Positions 36,401-51,400 of a stretch of 64,000 bases of DNA are shown here, piece by piece. The notes under the pieces are model-generated. The model saw only the letters and a list, made by a program, of their open reading frames with translations. It did no database searches and was not told the origin of the DNA. Origin of the DNA: an uncultured Bacilli bacterium (lineage in GTDB: Bacteria > Bacillota_I > Bacilli_A > RFN20 > DUOF01); contig CAKPSD010000003.1 of the NCBI GenBank assembly GCA_934183255.1, positions 18,789 to 82,788 on the forward strand. Reading direction: 5' to 3'. How positions within the stretch are numbered: position 1 is the first letter of the stretch; each line of letters begins with the position of its first letter. A program made the position numbers and the translations under genes.

Positions 36401-39400
36401 ACCTTCTATATTAGTTTTAATATAGTAATTACTAATATTTTCATCCTTTATAGAAATAGGATTATAGAAAGTAATTGCATATTCAATAACTTTGCAATAC
36501 TCATTATCACTAGTACAGCTAGAAGCTACAACCTTATCTTCCTTAACTCTTGTAATAACAAATTGATCACTAGTAAATGTTTTATCATTTGTATTATAAG
36601 CACCATCAATTAAGAATCCTTCTTTAATTTGAATATCAAATACATTACTCATATTATTATTTAAAGTTCCTTTAATAATTAACTTTGTTAAGAAAAGATT
36701 TTCAATTGAATTAAATATTGTAACATCATTTGAATAAGTTATATTTTCTAATCCTAAATCCAAAATATTTGATTTAGTTAAATCAAAACTAGATGCTTTT
36801 GTAGTTTCTATTGCAATAGTTAACTCATTTCCATCATAATTATAAGAGTATTCACTATTACTAGTAATGCTAACAGTAAATTCAGGTCTAGTAGCATCTA
36901 CTACAATGTCATAAGTAACATTTTCATTTGTATTGTGAGCTTCATCCTCAACAATACCACCAACAGTTAATGTTAATGTACCATTTACATTTCTAGTATT
37001 AACTTCAATATCAAATTCATTGTTATTAACATTTGATATACTTACTATCTCTCCACCACTAACACTAATTAAGTCTCTATAATTAGAAAGAATACTACCC
37101 TCTACAATGCTAACTTTAAATCTTACAATATTATTTATACCATAAGTTGGTTTTGCATCACTTATACTTATTTCAGGCCCTGCTACTCTATCAGTAACAA
37201 CATTAATTACGTCATAATCAAATGTAATCTCTTTAAGTGTTACATTTTCATATAACCCATTATAATCAAATCCACCAACTTCAAAGTTATCTCCATCTTT
37301 AACAGTATATACATACACATGATTTCTATTGCTTCCTAATGATGTATCTATATTTATATTAATAACTTCATATACTAATAATTCACTTTCATCGCCTAAT
37401 AAAACATAATAAGTAGTATTTGTCGTATCAGTAAACTTATTGTCTTTAAAGTTAGATACTTCCTCTTCTACTATTTGAGTCAAATCTTCATTATTATAAG
37501 AAGTAACAATATAAAGTTTATTATTTACTTCATCATATCTATATACATTTTCTCCTAATGAGAAATATGTTAAACCATTTAATTCAGCAGTTACATACTC
37601 TGCAATTTTTAACATATCCAATTTATTTGAAGCATCTCTACTTACATCATAGTTAAATACTATTTCTACTTTTATTTTTGTGCCTTTATTACAATAAGCA
37701 ATATTATTTATTTCATTACAAGTAGTAGACACTATAGTATTAACTACTCTTAAAACTTTTATCTCTTCAGATTCAGCTGCACTAGTATTTTGATTACTAG
37801 CAGCATCAGTTATAAATCCATCATTAAATACTACAGTAAACGCATCTGCACTTAAATTTGTTGCCTTAACTTTTACATATAAAACATTAGAGCTTATTGT
37901 TTTATCAAAAGTAGAAGTAAATGTTTGATTATCTATAGAATATCCAATAACATTTGCGCCCTTTGCATTAATTCTAGAAACATCAAAAGTAACATTTTCT
38001 TCAATATTTACAGTTAATACAAACTCTTCTCCTTCTTTAACCATAGTCTTATCTGAAGTAACACTACTAATTACAGGAACTATATTATCTACTTCTATAG
38101 TTGTAGTAGTCCACTCACTATCAGTACCCTTTTGGTTACCTGCTAAATCAGTAATAATGCCTAGTTTATACATTAATACACCATTTTGTTTTCCAATAGT
38201 AATTGTAAATTTAACCTTATAAACTTCCCCATCAAGATAAGGAGTTGCAGTTAATTCTTCTATATCATCATTGTTTCCATACTTATAAGATAAAGATACA
38301 TTAGCATCTACTCTCTCACTTAATGTAAAGATAATAGCTACTTTTTTACCTTCTTTTACTTGTCCTGTTGTGCTATATTCAACACCACTAATTGAAGGTA
38401 CAGTCTTATCAACTATATAATTAAATACACGTTCTGATGTTAATTCATACTCCTTATTATCATTTACAAATTTAACTTTAATTCCAATTAATGAAATCGA
38501 TTGACTTCCTTCATTTAATTTAGTTTTTCTAGTCAATATAATAATATTTTTCCCACTAACATTTTCAATTTGAGAAGTATATTCTTCTGCTAAATCACCT
38601 AAATTTATAGTTTCAAATGATTTAGTGCTAGATTCAAGTTTTAAAATAACCTGACCAGTTTTAGTATAATATACATATTCACCATTATCTAAAACAGTAA
38701 CTGCATCACCACTTGGAATAATACTATAGTCCTCACTTCTTACAACTATAGTTACATCAAACTTAGCACTTTCATTTCCTAATTCATCAGCAAATGAAGG
38801 AATATGTACTACATAACTTCCACTAACATTAGGAGTAATACTTCTAACAACTGTTAATACGCCATTAGAATATGAATAAGTTGTATCAGTAGTATTAGTT
38901 AATTCATAAGAATCTTTTAATAGTGTATCTGTAACATCGAATGTTAATGTAATAGATGTATTAGAAGTAACACCATATTCAGTTGAAACTCCAGGTTGTA
39001 ATTTAACTGAAGGAGCTATATTATCGCGTTCTACATTAATGTTAATATTAATTGTATCTCCAAAATAGTTATATACAACTAATGTATATGTACCAATAAG
39101 TTTATTCAAAGTAATTTCTTTAACTCCAACTTTATTAATATTTGTTACATAATTATTTTGATAACTATATTTTTGAACATCATGGTTAAATGTATATGTT
39201 AAATCTATACTAGATTCTTTAATATATAATTTACCACCTTTTTCAACTATTGTTTGATTAGTTTTTCTTGTATAAGTAAACACACTTGTATTAACAATTA
39301 ATACATGTTTATTTAAACTGCTATAATTTAATGATGCATTACCATATTCATTAATAGATACATCACCATTTATTACAAAATAGTATTCGGTATTTTCACT

Positions 39401-42400
39401 AACAATAGCATCATCCTTTAATGAAATAGTAATATTCTTAGAAGAATCCATTGAACAATTAAAGATATTAACCTCTTCCTCATCATTTACTCTATAGAAC
39501 TTGATGTGAGTACCACAACTTGTTAATTCCTCTAAAGTATTATTATTAACAGTAAACTTCAATTCACCATTTTTATTTGCACCACCAAAGTAATAGTGCT
39601 TAATAGAACTGCCATCTTTTGCATAACCACTACTTATAATATTTATTTGTAAAGGATTACCGTCGTTACTAATAGTTATTGTTTTACTTAAATCAGCATT
39701 TAAAGTATTATTAGCTTTATCTACGATAGCTTCTTTATTAACAGTAATAGTATAATTACCGTTCTCTAGTGAATCTAATAATGTAATATTAGTAGTTCCT
39801 TTTCCACTTTCAAGAGTAACATTTTGATCAGCATTTAAACATATGCTTCCATCATAATTGCATAGTTTTATCATATCTTTACTTATTTCAGTATTATAGT
39901 TTTCATTTGCTATAATATCTAAAGTAACTACATCTTTATTCTTAGCACTATATTTAACATTAGCAATACTTAATATAGCTGTAGGTTTTGTATTATCAAT
40001 AACTATATTAGAATTATTATAACTATTAGAAATACTTAATATTGTAGTATTATTAGTAGAATCCGTAACTGTACCACTTATATTAGTAATAGTAAAGTTA
40101 TCAACATTTACATTTGTAGGTACAGTAATAGTAAACACAATGCTTCTTTGATTAGCATCATTTATTGTACCTGATACATTAGCAACATTTGTAACAATTC
40201 TAAGATTTGAATATTTAGAAATAATTTCATCAAATGTTACTGTAACTAGTATTTGTGATCCACCTTTACAATAACTAACACCACTAACTTCATTACACTC
40301 TCTAGCAGCAACATCTACACTAATAATCTTAGGTCCAAATCCATCTACGATATATTCAAATTCACTTAAAACATTTGTATAGATAGCCTCATTAGTATTA
40401 CTAATTGCAGTCTTAACAAATCCACTTTCAAATATTACTTTAGTACCAAAGATATATGTTTTATATGTATTTGTATTAGTAGAAGCATCATATGAATCTA
40501 CAACATCCTTTATTTCAAATAATACTTTTACATAATCATCACCTAAAGTAAATTTACCATCTTTAATTTGTGTTTCACCATTAATAGAAGTTCTAGTCTC
40601 ATTAATAGTATATGTTACACCATTAATTTCAAATGAATATGTATTATCTCCATTTTTAATTAATTCATATTGAACTTTTCCAATAACACATACATCTCTA
40701 GCGTTCTCACATTTACTAAATCCTAAAATATTGTTTTCAATAGTCCATGAACTAGAAATAGAATTAATATTAGAAGAAATTACAAATTGGGCATTGCCTG
40801 TTTGTGTATAAGGTTTGCCATTTTCATCTTTATTATCTTTAGATTTAATTTCAATTACAGAAGGTTCTAAAATAGTAATTGTATATTGATATTCACTACT
40901 ATTAACACCAAACGCATCTTTTAATAATCCTGCTTTTATAGTAAAGTATTGTTTTCCTTTTTTACCTGCTTCAATTACATTAGTTACAGTAAGAGTAAGT
41001 GAAGCATTATCAACTGTATATATTGGACTTACAATGATTCCTTCACTTATAACACTATTTTCATTAATTTCATATGTATTTCCATTAAATTCAAATGAAT
41101 TAGAAGAAATAGTTGTACCATTTTCACTACCATCACAATAAACCTTATTATCTTTAACACCACAAGCAGTACTATTTATCATGAATACTTTCTCATACTT
41201 AGAAGCAAACAACTTATTAGACTTAATTTTGAAAACAGATTTTGCTAATATCTCATTTGTCAATGAATAATCGTAATATAATTTATTATTTTCATCGCTA
41301 GTATATGTAACGCCTTCTTTTAATGTTTCAGTAGCTAATTCAATAGATGCAATTCCTCCACCAGCAAATTCAACTTTTATAGTTTTAGTCCTATTTACAA
41401 CAATACTTGTTTCATATTCATATACATTAGATGGCCCAGCAATTACTTTATCATCAATTTTAAATATATGTCTTCCTTCAGGAATTATTATTTTTCCTTT
41501 AATACTATTTTCATTATTCTTTATATAATAAACATTATCTTTTACTATAACATCACTAGCAGAAACAAAATTCCATGCAACACTAGAAAGATTAATACTA
41601 TCATCATATACAACATATTTTACACCTATTGTTTTTTTACTTGAAGGAACAGTCGTGCTGCTAATTAAGAAGCCTTCTTTTATTTGTATTTCATATATAC
41701 CAATATTTAATAATCTAGTTCCTTCATTTACAGCTTTTATTTTAAATGTTACTTTAGAATTATTACTATCAATAGATGATTCACATGCTTCACTACTAAT
41801 TGGCTCACCATTAACTAATATAAAGTTGCATAATTCACTAGTTAGAGTAGGTGTAAATCCATAACTTCCTTTTGAAATATATAATTCAAAATAATCAGCA
41901 AAATATTTATATTTTTGAGTATTGTTTGCAAAAGTATATGATGTACTTAAACTATCTGTAATCATACCATCACTTATTGTAGGCACATTGTTATTAATAA
42001 CAATAGTTTTTAAATTATCAACTTTATCAGTAACATTATTGTTATCATCAACAACTAAACCACTTGCTGCTTTTAAATTATAAGTGCCAGCAATTAAATT
42101 ATTTAATTTTATAGTTAATGTAAGAACATTTTCGCTTAACGCAATATTACTTATAATAACATTTTGTTCAATTCCACCTTGAGTATTAATATAGAAATAT
42201 AAATTATTAAGATTTATACCCTTATATTTTAATTCATAGCAAGGAGCATCTTCTCCATAAGCATATACTTTACCAGCAATCATTTTATATACATTTTTAT
42301 TATAATAAACAATACCACTATTACTAGAATCAATATCCATCGTACCTGATACTTGATTACCACTTATTACCAAACTACCATTAGCATATTCTCCTATATT

Positions 42401-45400
42401 AGTAGTAGCAAGTTTATATACTTTACCATTCTTAACAACATATTCATTACCATCTACAGTAAATGAGCCATCTTTATTAAATGTAGCATTAACTTTAACA
42501 CCATCTAAATATACCCCAAACTCTTCATTAGTATAAGTAATATTTTTATCAATAATACTTAAATCAAATACTAATTCTCTAGCACTATTGAAGTTTTCAG
42601 AAGTATTAATATAACTTAATCTAGGTTTTACATTATCTATTTTTATATTAATAGATTTTTCAATAGTATGTTCTCTAGCAAATGAATCAGTAATACTATT
42701 TACCTTAAATTCATAATCATTTTCTAAATTAGTACCATTAGAAAGATCACATGTTATTACAGTTGTTATATCATTACCATTAATTGTATAACTTACTGAA
42801 CATGCATTAACTGTAACAGCAGTTGTACTAGCACCAGATAAGTATGCAATAGCGCTCATCTTATTTCCACTCTTATAAGGAACATTTGTACCATAATATA
42901 ATGCTTTATTATAACTACCATTATAAGTAATAACTAGTTTATCTTTACTACTATCTAAGAATGAACCCATTTCAGGTATATCTACAGTAATGTTATCAAG
43001 GTCTAATGCTGTTGTATCAATATAATAATTAGTATTTGCTTTTATTGATGCATTAGTTGTATCATCTTCAGTTGCTCTACCATATATTTCATTTACGTAT
43101 TCTACATTTAAATTATCTTTAACATTTAATTTTAATCCTTCAATTACAAGCGCGCCACTTAACTCTCCTGTTAGTGAAATAGTAAATGTAATCACATTAT
43201 CTTTAATAGTAACAGCAGTTGTATTTTCAAATTTATTACCAATTGAATAATATAATGTATTAATAGAAGTAACATCTATTATAGAAAGATTTCTGTTAAA
43301 TACAAATTCTACATATATATTTTGAGCATTATTAAAGTATTTGTTATCACCATTTGCTATATGATAATCATTTGTATTTGTAGTTCTAACACAAGATAAA
43401 GTATCATTAACAAAAATGCATTCATTATCTTTTGAAATTACATTTGTTTGAAGAATAGATAAACTACTATTATCAAATGTAATACTAAATTCATTAGAAC
43501 TAGAACATTCAGTTGTAGCATAGTTCTTTAGCATTTCATTTCTTAATCTAAATGTTATTTTTTTAGAATCTGATCCTATATAATTTATACTTAATTTACC
43601 ATTATTAGAAATTATAGTAACTAGTGAAGATACATCTTCTTCTTTTGAAGTAATTTCAAAGTAACTAGTAACATCTCCTGTTAATCCTGCACCTAAATAT
43701 GTATTTTTAATAGTATATGAAACTGTTGCACTACCTTTAATAGTTGAAGTAGGCACATTTGTAAAGCTAACATCAAATGTTCTAGGATCAACATATATAT
43801 TAGTATATGAAGAACTATTTTCTGTTTCATAAGATAAAGAAATTTCTTTATTTATCTCATAGAATTTTCCATTAGCATGAGTAAATCTTACATTTCCATT
43901 TTGAACATTTAATACTCCATCTATAAATGAAACTAGTCCATCATATGTAGCAGTAAATGTTTTATTCTCACTATTATAAGAAAGGGATTTACCATTAATA
44001 CTCATATTTCTAGTAATAGAAACAGCAAACTCACTTAGTGAATAATCTTTAGCAGCATCGCTAAACATAAATGTAAATGTAACATTACCATTATTTGTAT
44101 AGCAAATCTTGTCTACTACATTACAAGATTTAGTAGACACTAATAACTTTAACGATAGTTCACTAGTATTAATTGTAATACTATTTTCATTATCTAAAGT
44201 AAACACTTTAGTTTCTGATTCATAAGAGTGACCCCATAAATCTTTAATTTCATTTAAAATATTTGTTAAATCAATTTTATTATATACATTGTATTCTAAA
44301 ATTGCATTACTAGGAACTTTGTATGTATAAGAAATTGTATCATTACGTAAAGTACAATTAGTAATTTCATATCCTTCTAATTCACTATTAAATAGTCTTA
44401 AACTATTACCATTACATACAGTAGTTTCATCAATATATGCTGATAGTTTAACATTTATTGTTACACTATCGCCAACTTTATATAAAGTAACATTATTTCC
44501 AGCTACTAAATTAGAAACAACAGTTAACTTCGATGAATTATAATTGAATGTAACTTGCTTAGTAACTGATACTCCTGAAGGATTAGCTACTGAAACATAA
44601 ATTGTATATACACCATTATTTTCAAATGTTGTAGTATATGTAGATTCAGTTTGTAAACAATTTCCCTCTTCCTTGTAGAAACAGAAAGTATGATTAGAAC
44701 TATTTCCTGTAATATTTGAAACAGAAACATCAACATTTTCTTTAATATAATAAATACCATTTCTATTTATAGAATTTGAAGAAACAACTACATCAAAATT
44801 AAACTCAGAAGAATCCTCTACAATTGTTCCTGAATTTTCTAATAAAATATATCCATCATTTACTTGATTACTAATTTCAAAGTTGTTAGTTAAATCATTT
44901 AAAACATTAGTAATTACTAAATTATAAAGTTTAACAGAGTGTTTTCCAATAGTAGCTATTTCCTTTCCTTCGCTATCAACATATTTACCATTACCCCATG
45001 AGAAATCAAAAGTATAACCATTTATTACATTATTCTTACTTTCTACTTGTATAACATTTGCATTTCCATCCATATACTTAGTTATATTAACAATAGAGTT
45101 AATAGTAATCATAAATGGAGTAATATTACCATTCCCACTTCCAACAAGTTCAGAATCAGAAATTGTATAGTTATTATTATTTGTTACAGTAATTCCTCTA
45201 AATGTAAATTCTTTATTTCCTACATTAGCGTCATTAAATTGAACATTCCCCTTAATAGTAACCTCTTCACCATCTAAAATATCACTACTATTATCTTTAT
45301 TAATAGTCATACTAACATTTGAATATATTCCTGTTTTATTGTACACAGCATTATATGTTAGTAAACCAATGTCGTTAATAGTTCTAGGTGTAATAGTATA

Positions 45401-48400
45401 AGCAAAATTATCATTAAATGATATAGCATATACACTATTAACATTATATGTCTTATAATTTGAAATTGTAGCATCATTAATACTAAAATATGAACTATCA
45501 TATTTTCCTACATTTATAGCATCTTTTTCTGTATTAGCAATTATCTTACCACTTAAGGCATTTATTATTTCTTGTTCTAAATTGAAAGTAGTTAAACTAT
45601 CTTTACGGCATTCCAAGTAACTGCCTTTACTACAACCATTAATTCTCATTAATAAAGTTTGATAACTAGAAGGTAAATCAATGTTTGCTATATCACTAGC
45701 ACTAATAGAAGTTACTTTCTTACCATCGTATATCTTACCAAGACCATCTTTAAAATTAACTTTAAATGATCCATTTACTAAAATACTAATTTTAAGATCT
45801 TTAGTTGTATAATTACCAGCTAGGTCGGTTGCTTTCATAGTAATTGTAATTTCATTAGCTATTTTAGAAAAATATTCATTGTTGTATAAATAACTTAATA
45901 CATTTGTATAATCATTAGAATATAACACAACACTAGTTGGCATATTAGCACTTCTTGCATTCCAATATGTTGATGATTCTAATTTATTTCTAAGTTCAGT
46001 AAATGAACTTCCAATATTTGTTGAAACATTAGTTGGAATATACTCATTAAATACTGGAGCAGTAACTAAAGCATAATATCCACCCATATCAGCATTCAAA
46101 CTACCTACTGCATAATTAGCTATATTTCCTGCCATATCAGTAACTCCACCAATATTCATTGATCCATAGCCTTGAAGAATCATGTTTTCAGTTATATTTT
46201 CTAATGAATAAATTACTTCAATAATTCCAGTATTTTTATCATAATTAGAAGAAACAAATTTTAATTGTAAATTATTTTTAGTTAATGAAACATAATTTAC
46301 ATTATTAACCCAATCTTTTAATTCTCTATTAGTTTTATATTTAACTTTTATTTTTGCATCTTTAGTACAATAATATTTACCATCACTTGAATTTTGTGTA
46401 CATCCGCTTTCAGGGCTCATTTCACTATATGTTAAAGTATAATTACCATATAATATAGCAACATCTGTTGAAAGTGGATTATTTCCTTCATATGCACTAC
46501 CATCTAATGCTGTAATATTACTTATGTTAATAAATAATGCAGTTTCTACACTCTCTTTATTTTCAGCAATTGTAATTGTAACATAAACTTTTGTTGGATC
46601 TTCTGCATCAACTTCTACAGTCCTATTAGCAGTAACATTAGCTGTAAATGCAGAATTAGCACTTACCCCATTAACAAATTTAAATTTCTTATTAAATTTA
46701 ATAGTAATTTTTACACTATTTGAGCCATCTGGGCAAGTAGATGAATTACATCCTTTAACAAACTTTTTACTAACATTAATAACTTCAGCCATCAAAGAAT
46801 CTGCATCTATAAACATCTCAGTTAAAATACTTTCTGTATCTAATACATTTCCTGCATAATCTTCAAAAATATCCCCTTTAACAACAATAGTTACTTGCCC
46901 AGTTTTACTACATGAATACTTAAATTTAAGTACATTAGTACCACTAGTAAATTTAATTGAATCAGTATCAATTGTACATTTGTTATTGCTATTAGAGTAT
47001 GCTTCTAATGCAGAAGTTACTTTTTTACCAGCAATTAAATAAACATTTTCACTAAATTCAATAGTAATTTCATCACTAGCAACATTTTTACCATATATAG
47101 CATTATAAGAATTAGAAACGCTAGCAATTGGCTTAATGTTATCAAATTCTACAACTTTTTCTAAAACTAAATATCCTTCATTTAAATTCAAGCAATCATT
47201 AACATGATCTACACTACAAATTCTTTCATTTATAGTAATTGAATTACCTTTTAATACTTTAACTTTAAATGATAACTTACTATCAACACCATTTTGTATA
47301 GCGCCAACATAATTTCCTTCTTCTAATGTATAACATCCAACTTCTTTGCCTTCTTCATTATAAGCACAAACCTCAAAAGTATAAGTATCATTTAATGCTT
47401 TAGTAAATGTTAATTTATTAGAATTAATTGAATTATAAATTTCATTTTTGATAGTTCCAACTATTTCATGATTATAAGATAATCTAGTAGGCACAAAAGT
47501 AAGATTAACCTCTATATTAGTATTTTCATCTAATCCTAAACCATTAATAGTAATAAAATCAGCATTTTCTGTTTGACTTAACTTAAATACTTCATCATGT
47601 TTTTCTGTTACTACATCGTTTATATATTTAACACGCAAATGATATATTTTATTATTAGAATCACTAACATTTTGTTTATTAACAACTTGTAGTTTTGCTC
47701 CACCAATGCTTATTTCATTTTTAAACAATGGATCTGATGTTGAAAAACTTTCATATACTACTTTAATACATGCTTCTTTTTCCATTAAGAAAGAATATGA
47801 ATCATTAAATTCACTATCACATGTATCTGCAAATTGTATACTATTAATTTTTGGATTAGTAAAGTTAGGATTATATCTAAACTCTAGATTTTCTTGACCT
47901 ACAACTCCAACATATTGTGTTCTTGTATTATTCAATTTAAATACAGGTGGATTATTAATAACATCATTACTAGTACTATATACAAAGTTACCACTATATT
48001 TTAAATTAACAGAATCTACTAAATTCAAAATAACTCCATCATAACCTTCTTTAGACTCTAATAATCCATATTTTTTATTATCAACTAACAAATATAAACT
48101 ATTAGATTCTGATTTAAACCCTGTAACTTCACATGATCTTTTATTTTCATCGTAAGAACATGAATAAGGTAAATAAACAATCTCACCATTATTCTTTTTA
48201 ACAACAGGGAAGTATACATTATCATTTGTTATACTTGCATTATAAGAGTAATTAGCAATAGAGCTAGTTATTGTTTCATAATTTATATTTGATTCTAGTA
48301 AAACTTTCATTCTATTAATCATATTAGAATCAACAAATTTAACATCAAATCCAGCTGTTGTTTTTGTAATTTCATAATAAGAACTATCAATTACAAAGCC

Positions 48401-51400
48401 ACTAGAATCATTACTATTTATAAGCATGTTTACAATTAATTTATTAATTATTTCAACTTTCATTTCATTAATAAATTCTTCAGGAATAGCAACGTTTTTA
48501 TCATTATATGCAACTGTTAATGTATAATTTATAGTTGTATTATAAAATTCATTAACTTTTTGTAATCCACTTATAGAAATATTAACTTTTTCACTATCAA
48601 ATAAATATGCATAAATAGTCTTAGTATATTCATATCCACTTCTAAATACTATTTTATGAGAATAAGTTTTAATATTATCTTTAGAAATTTCATTAGAGCA
48701 GCTTTCTTCATTCTTATTAAATGTACATTCTAACACATTTGTTGTTTCATCATATAAATCATGATTTACTTTTATTACATAAGAGCCATTAGAAGCATCC
48801 TTATCTATATAATAATAAGTAGTACCATTACTATTCTTAATCTGTGTTTTTTCTGCAGTAGAAGTAACATCCACTCCAACTTTACTAACATCACTTACTA
48901 TAACATTAAATTTTTCTTGTTTTGTGATTTGTCTTCCATATTTATCATAATATCCTAAATTTAAATCAACAGCATTATCTCCAATTTTTAATCCTTTTAC
49001 TTTAATTTGAGTATCACTATACTTTTCACAAGACACACTCAAAAGATCACAAACTACTTTACTATTATTTTGATAAGTATTTTCATTAAGATAATAAGCA
49101 TCAAATGATTTATTTGCTACTTTTAAAATAGCATTTCCATCATTTTCAGTTAACTTATATCCATAATTTTGATTTTCAAAAATATCTTCATAACTATTTG
49201 GTACTTCTATAATTCCTACTTTTCCATATTCATCACTAGGCATATTAGTAGCAATATTATTATTTATAAAGTTCTGATTTATTCTAATTTCTAGTTGATT
49301 ATTTGCATCCTTATTCAAATCATTTATTTTAATTTTAAGATAATCTGTACAAGTAGCAAATCCATCTTTTTTGTTTTTATCAAGAATTGAATCATTATCT
49401 TCATCTCGAGTACAACTGAAACTTACATTTGTAGTGTATCTTCCTACTACTTCATAGTTTGTTCCATTTGCATAATTTAATTTTTCTAATAAGTTATATG
49501 CATTTTTATTTCCAACATAAGTAGAATATACAACTTTAATAACCAAAATTAGATTATCTTCACTATAATAGTAAACATCACCATCATGAATTGAAAATTC
49601 TATATTATTTAAATATGTATGAAGAGTTGTGTTTTCAGTAGTTTCATTGCTACTTATTATTGATGTATTTACATTAGCAAATGTCATCGAATTTTTAACT
49701 TCTACTTCTGTTTCTTCTTTTACTTTAATACTACTTGTTTCAACAAAAGTTTTAGTAGTATCATCATATTTTCCATTAACTGTATTTAAATTAACACTAC
49801 CATAGTTAGCAAGCATATTTGCAGTATCTACAAGATATCTATTATTTATATCTTCAATAATTGCATCCGTACCTATATGACAATATGTAACATCACAACT
49901 AGCAGAATCATCAGAGAAGTATCCTAATGTCACAACATTAAATCTTCCAACATCATCGTTTGAAACTTTAATAGTATATTTAAGTACATTTACTAGAACA
50001 CTTATATTTTCTGATGGTTGGAATGTTACAGTAGTTTCTTCTGGAGTTGATATTTTTTTATCTTCCCCATTACCAAATTTATAAATAATTGTAGGGTATT
50101 TTGTATTTGCGCTTTCCTTATCATAGTGAATTCCATCAGAGAAAGAAACATAAAGTACAATTGACTCTCCTGTATAGAAAATTTTTCTATCAGGTAATAA
50201 TTGATTCTCATCATACCATATTGAAACTATACTAGTATTTTTATTAATAATATATAGAAGTTTATTTTCTATAGTTTCTTCTGGTTTTACAACTAGCTTA
50301 AAGTATTTCACTGAATCTTGAACTTCTTCAAGATAAATTTTATCAGAATAAGATGCTGCAGAAGTAGAAACAACATCAGATATATTAGGCTTATTACTAG
50401 CCAAATCACAAAATCCTGATTCAACCAAATAAATAAAAGCTTGTCCTTCATCTACAGAACATCCAGAAATAAAGAAAGTAACATTCTTTCCTTTACTATC
50501 TGATAATTCTTTTAAAGTTATTGTACAATTAGTAGTTGCACCTGGATTAGGTTTATCATCATCTAATTTAAAATAATTTGAAACTTTATCTTCATTGAAA
50601 GTCATATGCTCTTCATCATAGTAAACAACTATTTTTGCAGTATAACTTGCGTTTATTTTCAATCCATTAGGTATTGCTACAATTTCAGTAATTTTTAATG
50701 GTGTATTATCAACTACTATTTCAGTTCGATTATATTCAAACCCTCTATTTTGGTTATTAGCTTCATCTACTATTGTATTAGAATTTATATGTAATCTAAA
50801 ATCTCCATTTCCTGTACAATTGCTAATTATAACTGTTTGTGTTTTTGTTGATTTGTTTAAATCTCCTATCGTTATAGAAGAACAATTTAAACTTCCATTA
50901 AGAACAACAATTTCCACATTAGAGCTATCAGTTAATGCTGAATATAAATTGTCTTCTGTATATTTTAATGTGTATGTAATTGTATGTGTGCTATTTACAT
51001 AAGTATTGTTTAATTCGTTTGTTGTTATTATTGATTGTATACTACCTGTAGGCAACTTATTATCAACTACGATTTTAGCATCTATTTCCTGTTCATCTAT
51101 CTTATATTTATCAAATGCAATTTCAGTATTTTTATTATTAGCCTTATCTATTATTACATCAGCGTTTACTTGTAATGCTACAGTTCCATCTCCATTACAG
51201 TCACTAACTTGTACTGTTTGTGTTAAACCATTTAAAGCTCCTACCACTACAGTAGAGCAAGAGACAGTTCCACTTTTATTAAGTGTTATTTGATTTTTAT
51301 TTGTTAATGCTGAATATAAATTTTCCTCAGTATATTCTAATGTGTATGTAATTGTATGTGTACTATTTACATGTGTATTGTTTAATGGGTTCGTTGTTGA

